Source of the DNA: Dipteris shenzhenensis
Taxonomy: Eukaryota
DNA length: 64,000 bases
Assembly (NCBI GenBank): GCA_047967505.1
Contig: CM106538.1
Reading direction: 5' to 3' (one strand)
The notes beneath the pieces are model-generated. The model ran no database searches, had not been told where the DNA came from, and saw nothing but the letters and a program-made list of their open reading frames with translations. Below are positions 1 to 10,379 of this stretch, piece after piece; position 1 is the first letter of the stretch; each line of letters opens with the position of its first letter. The position numbers were made by a program, and so were the translations under genes.

Positions 1-43
1 TCTGCAAATGTGAAAGCTAGATCCTTCCTACGACCCACTCGCC

Positions 44-1739
44 ATGGAGTCATGGCTATGGCCGCTTTGGTCTTCCTCGCCATGGCTCCTCCTCCTCCTC
101 TTCCTCTTCCTCCTCTCCCTCCTGCTAATTATCACCACCTCCATGATCTTCTCCGCCTCCTCCAAACTACCACCTGGCCCTCCTGCTTTGCCCATCATCG
201 GCCACCTCCACCTCCTCGCCGATTTCTCACACCTTACCCTCGCCCGCTTCTCCAACATTTATGGCCCCCTCCTCTTCCTTCGCCTCGGTTACATGCCTGC
301 CGTCGTCGTCTCCAGCCCAACCATGGCCAAAGAATTCCTGCTCACCCATGACAAAGCTTTTGCAGATCGCCCCTCACTAGAGCTCATCAAACGGGGAGCT
401 TACGGATGGGAGAACAGTCTCATTTTTGCGTCGTATGGAGCTCGGTGGAGGAATTTACGGAGCTTGTGTACTCTTGAGTTATTCTCTTCCAAAAGGCTTC
501 TGAAGCTTCAGGACATCAGAACGGAGGAGCTCCGGCGTAAGTTACGACGTATCCGGGAGCAGTCGCAGGGAGGGAAGCTACCCATCAACTTGGGTGAATG
601 TTTAGGTGCTTTGATGTCGGATGTGGTCGGTCGGATGGTGTTCTCAGATCGAATATCCGACAGCAGATCAGGGCAAGGCGGCTCTTCGGTCAAGCATCTC
701 ATTCACCGGATGTCTGCCTTGTTTGCAACCCCAGTGATAGGAGACTTCATTCCTTACCTTGGATGGTTAGACGTTAAAGTCAAGCGCGCTATGGATGAAC
801 TTCACTGCCTGTTTGATGTGCTTCTGGAGGACGTTTTGACTAAGAGGCAACAGGAAAGAGACAGGAACTCCACGGAGGCCCCTAGGGATTTTCTTGATGT
901 GCTTTTGTCCACTTCCATAATGGGTAGTGGCAAAGTACCTGACAAGACCACTGTCAAAGGCTTAATACCTGTAAGATCTCTACTCTCTTTCATGTTGCTG
1001 CTTTCGATAGAAATAGTTGGACGTCTTTCACGATGAAGAATTGTAGCAGTGCGCAGAGCGGTGGTACTATCGAGATAATATTATACATTTGCAGGATCTG
1101 CTGGCCGCTGGCATAGACACATCATCGAACACACTGGAATGGGCGATGGCAGAGCTGCTCAGGAATCCACGATGTCTGCAGAAACTTCAAGACGAACTGG
1201 ACACCGTTGCTCAGGGACGCTCGGGAGGCATGCTAGAAGAATCGAACACCCACAATCTTCCCTACTTGAGCTCTGTGATCAAGGAAACGTTCCGTCTGCA
1301 CCCCCCGGCCCCCTTTTTGATTCCTCATGCATCAATGGAAGCATGCACAGTGGCCGGGTATACGTTGCCAAAGCACACCAGACTGTTTGTAAATGTATGG
1401 GCAATAGGCAGAGATCCTAAAGTCTGGGAGAACCCACAACAATTCTGGCCCGAGAGGTTCGAAGACAAGAATATGGATGTGAGAGGGCAGCATTTCGAGC
1501 TGCTTCCTTTTGGGTCGGGGAGGCGAAGCTGTCCAGGCATGGCACTGGGGTTGTCGATGGTAGCGTTGACTCTGTCAAATCTTGTTCATAGCTTCGATTG
1601 GGAGCTTCCCGTTGGAATGAGTGCCCTAGAGCTGGACATGAGAGAAGTGAATGGTGTGACTCTATGCAAAGCAACTCCTCTCCTTGCCATTCCAAAGCCA
1701 CGATTATGTGGCAATGGCCTCAAAACTGAAGCCCTCTAA
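44..1739 (+). CDS. Cytochrome P450, CYP71 clan (A-type); exons 44-970 and 1095-1739, 523 aa
   Basis: N-terminal membrane anchor and PPGP hinge; phase-0 intron 971-1094 (GTAAG...TGCAG) just before the I-helix, the typical A-type position; AGIDTS, KETFR (ExxR), PERF and FGSGRRSCPG heme motifs; no stops after splicing. Family not assignable by eye. Confidence 0.95.
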
Positions 1740-2869
1740 TGATAAGACCTTAGACTCCCATGGTAGTCGAATCTTGACTGACTCTTTAAAGATTTGGGTG
1801 TAAAAGGTTTGTTTTATTGCCTTGTACTCTTTACTAGAGTACTTGGGCCAAGGCAAAGTCCGGAGACTTGAAACCACCACCTAGCTCTAGTGCCTTCTTA
1901 GAGGGAGTGCTAGAGTGGAGGTTCGGATGCATGTAACTTTTAAATAACGTTGCTTAGGTAGAACGCCATGCTAAGCTAAATTAGGGATCACTCGCAAAGC
2001 TTGCTTGCTAAGGGTGCTTGTCGCTAGAGATTGGCTATCATTGGATTGCTTATTATCGATAGATAAATTATCGATAGATAAGTTTTAAATAAGACTACAA
2101 TCTATATACATAAGCAATGATTTGTCATAGCAAGAGGTCCATCAACCCCTTCCAATCCTATATCTTGATTACATCGATGACCACGTTGCTCTTTGCTCAC
2201 TAACCATTGCCTCTATTCCACTCCCCTTGATTCGGTTGCACATGACAAATTCCCTCTAAAGTTAAGTGAGTTCTTCATTGAAGGATTCATAATCTTTTTA
2301 TGAGAGATTTTTGAAAAGATTGCCATCAGGTATGATTAGTTAGGAGTGAACTTCGATTGAGATCGCTTGATGAACTCTTTATCTTCTCTATTTCAAATAG
2401 CTTTTGAGGGAAATTGAGTGTGATTGTTAATTTTTCACAATTTGCGATCAATCCTTGCACATAAATTGTATACAAGCATGCAAGGGGATTGTAATCTTTC
2501 GATTATGGAATTTACTTTAAGGATCATCGTTTATGTTTATGTCGGTTGTTCTTTGTCATGCAATAACTCAACTAATAGTGAAAATTTGTTTGTTTATGCC
2601 CAATGTTTCCATGACCTTCATTGTGTGCATGTCCCATATACACATGATGAAATTTAGGACTATTGTAAATGCATCTATTACTTCCAACACAATGGGGTTT
2701 GTTTATTGGAGAAACCAAGTGTTTTGTTCTTCCAAGGCAAAGAAAGTAGTAATGATTGGGAAGCTCAATTAAGTCATTTTTCCAACCTTGTCTTTGAAAA
2801 ACACATTGGGATTCTTTGAACCTAAAGAGTTATTCTATTTTCGCTAGGTGCACAAGGAACTTTTGACTA

Positions 2870-3230
2870 ATGTTTATATAGGAATTTGGTGTTGAACTAG
2901 GAAAGTTGAGCATATTTCCTAGGTAGAAAGATGGATTTTCTCCTCTTAATTTAGGAAATTCTTTTTCCTATATAGACAACCAATGCTATCTAGGAAATTT
3001 GACTTGTAATATGGAGAATCAAGTGGATTCTATGTTTTCTATCTAGGAAATGACGTTTTTTTTTCATAGCAAATTATATTTCCTATATAGATCAGTTAAT
3101 GCTATCTAGGAAATGTGACATCCTATATGGAGACTCAAATGATTTTTCTATTTTCTATATAGGAAATATGGTTTTTTCTAGGAAATATGTAATTTAATAT
3201 GATAAATTAAGTGTTTCCTATATTGGAAAT
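2870..3230. repeat. Array of degenerate palindromic TTTCCTATATAGGAAA motifs, including a roughly 115-bp tandem unit
   Basis: Recurrent ttcctatatag / tatctaggaaat half-sites; 'aatgctatctaggaaat' occurs at about 2982 and 3098. Confidence 0.6.
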
Positions 3231-4780
3231 TAGAAAGAATGTATCTTTTGTATATAGTGATTGCAATTAACTACATAGGAGGAGTTTTTTGTGTACTAAG
3301 CAAGAATGTTAAATATTCCATATATAAAAATATTTTTATATAAAAAATGAGCATATACTTAACAAGTGTGTATCATTGTAATTTTAATAAGATATGTTGT
3401 AGGCTAATTATATTTTCTTTAATATTAGAACGTTATATTTCTTCTATATGTAGTCGAAATAAAAGTGACAATCAGAAGTACATGTGCTTATTTCTCTTCC
3501 AAAAAATTTCATGAGAATTTGAAATGAGGGTTTCTCCATTTTGTAAGTAAAAAATATAATAAAATCTAAATTGTCAAACACATAGACAATTATAATATGC
3601 TATGTAATTCCAAATTGATGTTCTAATTAGAAGTATATGCACAATGTTAAGTTCACAAATCACAATTTTGTCTCACGTTTTCTAGGGTAAAAGTATATCT
3701 TAAGGGAAATATTTACCAATACAGGGTAAATAATTCCTTGAGCCTTGAAATACAAAATGTGTGATGTCAAATGTATTTTTTTGGTATAAAAATCAACTAT
3801 CTCATGCTCCCAATAATAAAATTATAACTCAAAATAAATGCTCTCTAACATAAGATAAATATTGTTTACCAATAAATATATGAAGTTTATTAAATTAATT
3901 ATGAATGAGATGTTGATTTCTTGTAGCACTTGCACATCTTTTCACTTAGGTATGCAAAGCTATTATGTTGTCATGTCAACTACAATCGTATTTTGGTACT
4001 TTGAACATCTATGTACATTTGTGAATACGTCTAAAATAAACCGCTAGGTTGAGTGACTTGTTGACCTCATCTAATATTGACATAATCTTCTTCCCTCCCA
4101 TTGTGTTGTTCCCTTACATTCTCGTATTCAGCTCATACACATTATACATTTTGGAGTATTATGTTGTGATGCTAATGCATCATCACTCCATTAACTTTTT
4201 GATGCCGTTTATCCAAATACATTTAAAACTAAATCCAAAAAGACTTGTATGTTTCTTGCTATATTATCAATCCAAAAGGAAACCATCTAGACTAACATAA
4301 GGTGCTTCACTCCCATTTTGCCTCTACATCTTTGTATTCTACTCATATACATTCTACTTTTGTAGTGCAAGAATGGTAGAATGTCCAACAATGGTAAAAT
4401 ACCTCCACTAAACACACATAGTTTTCATAAAAAGATGATGGTTGAAGAAAGTATATATGAATTGAAGAAACAAATATTGAAAATGTTGAATAAGAACCAA
4501 AAACATGCTTTAGGTGATGTAATAGTAACAATAAATGTTACCACATGCAATTGGCACAAGATAAATCTATTAAGACAATAGAAATGCATTCTTAGATATG
4601 CATTGTTTAGATTTGAACTACCAAAGGGAAAGTATTCCCATTGCCATCATGATATGATCATTTACCATTCTTGGAGTGCACATATATTATTTTTCAAAGA
4701 CCAAAGAAACTGTACTATATGATCTAGTGGAATTATTTTATAAATCATAAAAGCATGGCCTTCCTTTGTATCACAAGTCA

Positions 4781-6106
4781 AAGTTCCAATCTCAAGGTCC
4801 TCCATCAACCCTTAAGAACCCTCCTCTTACATAAGAGCTTAGATCCAAGGAACCTCTGCCAGACCCTAATGAAATGCATGCATAGTTCCAATTTTATTCC
4901 TCCTTCAACTTTGAAAATGTTAACAATGTGTTTGACTAGTGCAGCATTTAATTTTTTTGCAAAATTCTAGTTCTTGTTTCAAAAGATGGTGGACAATTAA
5001 ATTGACATGTTATTTCTTTTGATGTTTTTTCCTTTGAGTTCATGTTAAATGTTTTTCAAAAAATTTGTGGATTTTATGATTAGTTTTATTTTTTAGGGTT
5101 TTGATATATATAAAGGGGTAAGATCCATTTTTACATTACATTCTCACTTTCACTTTTAGAGAGCCATATAAATTCCCACCCTCAAAAGTTACTTAGTCCA
5201 TTAGTCATCATTATTTGCCATGGATTTAGCTAGAGCTGCGCTCCATGATTTCATCTCGTGAACTATAAAGAAGGAGAATTTAATAGGTAGCTGGACTGGA
5301 TCGGACAGGAACCAAAAAATAGTTCGAAGCAGTAAAGAGAAATTTGAAGGTAAGGAAGAAGAAAATGAAGCACCTAAAGGGAGTAGATTTTGCTGATCAA
5401 GGATGAAGTACAAGAATCTAAAGTGAAGCCTAAAAGTAAAGGAGGGCAAGAGGAGTTTTTCAGAGAATTGTTGCACTCAAAGATCCACATAACACTTGAC
5501 CAATTGCTTAACTTGGTACTTGCTTTTAAAGAAGAGCTAAATTTTCATAAGGAGCAACCCTCTATAGCTGAAGTGGGATTAAGAATGGAAGACCAAGAAG
5601 ATGTGGAAATCGATACCTTTGTGGTGGAGGATGTTGATTATAAAGTGCCTAATGTTGGTGAATGCTTTTGCAGCAAACATCCTAAGGAAAATTTGCTCAA
5701 GAACTCAAAGATTTCACATCGTTCATTGAAGGACTCTTTCCATGACATGGTGCAGGAAGCTTACGCTCAAGGTAAAGAAATAACTTTGTCTTGTTCTATG
5801 TTTTTGGTAAGTGCTATTTTATAATATGTCGCCCTCTTTCCTTTGGTATTCAGTGAAGAAGATCATACACAAAAATCCATAGTATGTTAATTTTAGGTCC
5901 ACAATTACTTCTCATGTGCAACATGCACGTAAGTGTAAGCATGTGAGACATTTGGAGGAGAAGCCATCCCCACCTAAGAGTGACATGACCGATGTTATTA
6001 ATATTGACTCCGACTAAGTCTACGATTGAATATGGAGTTGTTGTTAACTTGTTGTTGTTTATATTGTGGTTTCTGCAAAAACCACAATATAAGCTATAAA
6101 TGTTGT
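4781..6106 (+). repeat. Copy A of a ~1.3-kb inverted duplication (partner at 47508-48828)
   Basis: Near-identical to the reverse complement of 47508-48828; ORFs 5390..5824(+) and 47787..48221(-) encode almost the same peptide. Confidence 0.95.
5220..6017 (+). pseudogene. Orphan gene X (MDLARAALHDFIS*...), apparently interrupted by a Gypsy gag-like fragment
   Basis: ATG at 5220 downstream of a TATATAAA box near 5106; TGA at codon 14; GT-AG intron from about 5772 to 5896; internal KIHITLDQLLNLV segment resembles pre-protease Gypsy gag. Confidence 0.45.
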
Positions 6107-6289
6107 AACACTTATTTCATTAATTTTGGACTTGTCAATGTAAAAATTCATTTTTACATATACTTTTGGACTAGTTTTCAGATAAAATTTAAGAAAAACC
6201 CAATCTTCAAAGCACATATAAAAACATAAAAACAAGCATTTTTTTATATATTTTTTAAGGACATGAAACTAAAATTATAAAATTTAACG

Positions 6290-6603
6290 CAGCCTAGATA
6301 AGTTACATGAAAAAATAAGATTCGGTTGTTGTAAACTCTCTTAATATTTAATGGTGTTAATAAACACCTTCAAAAGTTAAGCCTGAGATAAGTTACACAA
6401 AAAAGAGTGGTTCAATAATTGTAAACTCTCTTCATATTTATAATAGTGTTTAGGAAACACTTTCAAAAGTTAAAGTGGAAGTAGCAAACTCTCACAATAT
6501 TTATAATTTAGGTGTTGAAAAACACCAAAAGTTACAATAAGACTCTCATTGGAAGGCAAATTACACCAAAAGTTACAATAAGACTCTCACTGGAAGGCAA
6601 ATT
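6290..6603. repeat. AT-rich tandem repeats (about 90-bp unit x2-3, then a 39-bp unit x2)
   Basis: 'gataagttaca...gtaaactctctt...aaacac...caaaagtt' repeated; 'acaccaaaagttacaataagactctca(t/c)tggaaggcaaatt' twice. Confidence 0.75.
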
Positions 6604-6647
6604 TATTTTCAAGACTACAGCCATTCAATTTGATGAATTTTCTATTT

Positions 6648-7082
6648 TCAAGTCTTTAGCCTAAATTCAACCCATTCAAGAGCTGAGCTCATCTCATCCT
6701 CATCGATGTAGTTAAAATTATAGAAGAGAAGTAAGGATTGATGAATTTTCTCCTGCATAACACTTTGTTTATTCCGAATGGCTTGCGCTGCCTCGGGGGA
6801 AAATCTTCCATAACGAGCCACACGCGAAGATATCTCACTTTGAAAGTCTATCAACTCTCTCCTATATGACTGCAATTTATCTATTTCAGTAGTAGCCATA
6901 CTTATTTTTCTTTCCTCTTCCTTCTCTAAGCCCTTCTGACAAGCAAAGTCATCCTTCTCGTACTGGGTTAATGGAGCTGGATTTTGCTTTCTCTCCTCTC
7001 TCTTTCCTTGGTTCTCGGCAATCCATTCTTTGATGCTGCTAATGGCTTGCTCGACAGAATCGATTACCTTAAAAAGATCCAT
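6648..7082 (-). CDS. Orphan 144-aa charged, probably coiled-coil protein (MDLFKVIDSVEQ...)
   Basis: Uninterrupted ORF from ATG at 7082; protein-like E/K-rich helical composition; pyrimidine-rich repetitive 5' leader; divergent from the H3-like gene. No family recognised. Confidence 0.45.
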   Translation of the reverse strand: MDLFKVIDSVEQAISSIKEWIAENQGKREERKQNPAPLTQYEKDDFACQKGLEKEEERKISMATTEIDKLQSYRRELIDFQSEISSRVARYGRFSPEAAQAIRNKQSVMQEKIHQSLLLFYNFNYIDEDEMSSALEWVEFRLKT

Positions 7083-7618
7083 AAAAACGAGAGGAGGAAG
7101 GTAACGAGAGTGAGGAAGGTAACTAGAGGAGGTAAGGCAAGATGAAAGGAGTATGCTTGAGAAGAGGAGGTAAGGCTGCGGGAAAGATGGAAGGAGCAAG
7201 CTTGAGGAGAGGAGTAAGGTAAGAAGAGTAAAGTGGAAGAAGTGTGGAGAGGAGTAAGGTAAGAAGAGTAAAGTGGAAGAAGTTTTTGCTGCGGGTGAGA
7301 TATAGAAGACGAACGAGGTGAGGAAGGTAACGTATAATGGCCATGAGTTGCAGTATAAATGAGAAAAATTGTGTTATTGAATGTTAATTATAAGTATTTA
7401 GCTCAAGGATGCATTAATTTTACTTTTTAAAGAGTTTTTATTGAAACAAGTATTTTTAAAAATTAGGATTTTGGGCCCAATATAAAATAATGGGCCCTCA
7501 TTTTAATTTCATTGTTTAAAGAGCTCTCCACTCCCAAACCGCCTCCCACTTGCACCTGACATTTCCACCCTATCTCTCGCACCCTCACCCTTTCTCTCGC
7601 ACACTCTCTCCATCCCCC

Positions 7619-8344
7619 ATGGCCAAGCCCAAGATCAAGGCACCATAGAGACTAGCACAGCCAGACCCACCTCCAGACTCAGAGACAGAGAGTGTAGCCT
7701 CCCCCCCTCTCCCCCCGATGATTCCCGTTGAAGGGAGAAAAAGCCAATCTAGAAGCCAGATAGGGAGCAAGAGGGATAGAGGAAGGCACAAGAAGATCCT
7801 TATGTAGAGACTGAAGACTCAGAGAGCACAGAGGAGGAGCACGAGGAAGAGGAACATCAAAGGACAAAGCAGAGGACCAAGGCAAGAACAAGCAATCAGG
7901 GTCCACGCCAATGGGGGAGAGGTGCCTGAGCTCCAAGTATAGGGCAAAGAGGCCCTCAACATCCAGGAAGAGACCCTCCACATTAAGGGCAAAGAGGCCC
8001 TCCTCCAGTGAGGCGATAAAGATTCAAGCCAGGGATGGTGGCACTTCAGGAGATCAAAAGTTTCAAAAGTCCATTGATCTGCTCATCTCGATGGGCGAGC
8101 TTTGCAAGGGTGGTATGCGAGGTCATGTAGGACCTCAACCTCTCAGTTTTATAGGCACGGAGTTGTGGAGGCTCCCTGGCATATTTCTAGAGATGCCTTG
8201 CTTGCCATGCAGCATGCAACTGAGGCCTATGTAGTAGACCTCATGGATGACACCCAGCTGGCTGCCATCCATAGGAAAAGGGTCACAGTGACTGTCTCAC
8301 ACATGCAGTTTATTGTCCATCTTAGGAAGCCCAAGGACACTTAG
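7619..8344 (+). pseudogene. Divergent histone H3 / CENH3-like pseudogene with long N-terminal tail
   Basis: Across frameshifts reads RFKPGMVALQEIK-KFQKSIDLLIS-SFARVVCEV-...-DALLAMQHATEAYVVDLMDDTQLAAIHRKRVTV, matching H3 [23 protein letters not shown] / PFQRLVREI / [29 protein letters not shown]; starts MAKPK; intronless; several stops and frameshifts. Confidence 0.85.
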
Positions 8345-8867
8345 GGATGTTGTATGCTTCACCTTCCGCGATAGTTAGAGTTCACGTACTCTGCCTACGG
8401 GCATCTATCTTGTATCAGCCTCTTTTCAATATAATAAAATGTCATTTTTTGAATTGTCTTTGTATGTGCAATCTCAAATTGATTTTCAGTGTATTTGCAA
8501 TCTATTAATGTACTTACATGCAATCTCAATTTACTTTACGAAAGACTTTCTGATGACGTATACAATAGCAAAATGAAATAATAAACATCAAATCTCAATA
8601 GAACATGCAAATGGAAATAATACTCAATTTTACTTAACATGGAAAAGGAAACAATGTTCTGTAGCAGGAAGAGAAAATAATTTGAAAATGGTATTCTTTA
8701 TTGACATAGAGTAGTATTACAAAGAGCACCCACTTGAATGCACAAGCTACTGTAGTCTATGCTTCTTCGTGCTTGACTTACATCCCTTTTTTGCTTGCTG
8801 AAGCAATGAGGGCTGCACAATTTCATTCTCTATAGCCTAGGGATCTGTACTAGCCTTGCAATAGCTA

Positions 8868-9027
8868 TGATACTACAGAGAGTACCGGATCGTGTGTTCG
8901 AGAACAAAAATAAAGCTACACTACGCCTAACCAGAACAACACTATCTACAGTAGGACGGATCTTCACCATCCGATTGAGGACCCTGAACTTCATGATATT
9001 CATCTTTCCATCCGACGATAATTGTCA
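8868..9027. mobile_element. 160-bp TG...CA insertion (small solo-LTR/MITE-like) in the last exon of gene Y
   Basis: TGATAC...TTGTCA ends; removing it (with one copy of a CAT overlap) restores the reading ...HILVFHSYCKAS... on the minus strand. Confidence 0.45.
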
Positions 9028-9483
9028 ATGGAACACCAAAATGTGTTGAGCCACTCTGTTGATGTAGTAGCTGATCGAAGCCATCCCCCCACTAGAAGAC
9101 CCTTTGATTCCACCCTTTAAGATATCCTGCAACCAACATATCGCATCAAATCTCAAAGATTATATAAATTAATAAAACATCATTTTTCAGGAATTAATAA
9201 GAGTAAGGGTTTTTCACAGATGCAAAATAATATCTTTAAAAAATCATATTTGGGAGGCCACTGAGACCCTAGCAACCATGTGCATCACTTTTATGCAAAA
9301 AGACCCCTTGCAAGCCCAAAATCGGACATCGTGCGACCATAGCCCAGTTTTTGCAATATGATTTTTAAAAAATATTATTTTTCATCAGTGACAAAACCAT
9401 AACCCTAATTGTTTCCACAAATGGAGTGGCAGGGGCAAGTGGCAAGGGCATGTGCTAGGGGCAAGTAGCATTGGTAGGATGTT

Positions 9484-9836
9484 TGTTGAGATATCGAGCT
9501 CCACTCGCGATATGCCAGGGTGACCGTTGTGTATTTATGTCACCGACTTGTTAGCTGGAGATGCGGTTGGTACACCGCCCACGAATAATAGCTGGATGAC
9601 AGCTATCCTTATCTACTCTAGTTTGTGGCTCAGTTAGTATGCCACCTTAGTTAGTTGAGTTTGGTTTGAGACCCACATATAGGGTTCTTCTATTTTCTTT
9701 GTATTTGAGTTCTTTTGGCTTTCACAACTAAGAAGAGGAAAACTGTTTTCAGCCTCCACCTTTGTGTGTATTCCCCCATTGTGCATGTGAGAAAGCCGCA
9801 AGTGAGACTCCTTCCCTCTCTCCCACTATCTTCACA
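9484..9836 (+). repeat. 5' LTR of Copia copy 1 (353 bp)
   Basis: TGTTGAG...TTCACA followed directly by the PBS; matches 14699-14887, 37403-37754 and 42122-42473. Confidence 0.95.
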
Positions 9837-10379
9837 TGGTATCAGAGCCTTGTTCGTGGTAAGGAGCTCAAGAAAGCAAACCAAGTTCGCGGTGTCCTGG
9901 TAAGAGGACCAGTGTTGCTTTCCTATTTTGAGTTTGGGAGCAAATCTCTGCAGGTAGCATAGCCAGAAGTGCAAGAGTGCATTGTCTCAGATTGAGACGC
10001 CCTTCGCGGTGTGGCGAGAGTGCAGTATATGTTGCGGGCGAGGACGAAGCCCTTGGTGACTTTATTTTTTTGATTCGAGGCCATCTCGGGGCCCGTTTTG
10101 AAGGCGGAAGTTCTTCGCAGGCACTCAGAAAAAGGCCCTGTTTTGGCTGTGCGACCACTACTCGGCTAGTCGGTGAAAAGTTGCCACAGAAATTGCATCG
10201 TATGCCTGTGTGCAGAGATATTGGGAGTTGCAGATTCATGCTTGTTGCCTGTTGATGCAAAATCGTCACTAGGAAGTGACTGTGTGGTGAAATACCACTT
10301 TCGTCAGTTTTGTAGATCTGCCCGTGTGAGGCAAAAGCTGTGTTTTTTGCAGTGACAGAATATTTTGCGGTGTTCTGAA

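Noticed and set aside
971-1036. C-terminal extension of ORF 44..1036
   Set aside because: Read-through into the P450 intron.
4781-6106. Inverted duplication as true TIRs of a 44-kb element
   Set aside because: The outer end cuts through the Ulp1-like last exon, which continues beyond copy B; no TSD; it contains pseudogene sequence.
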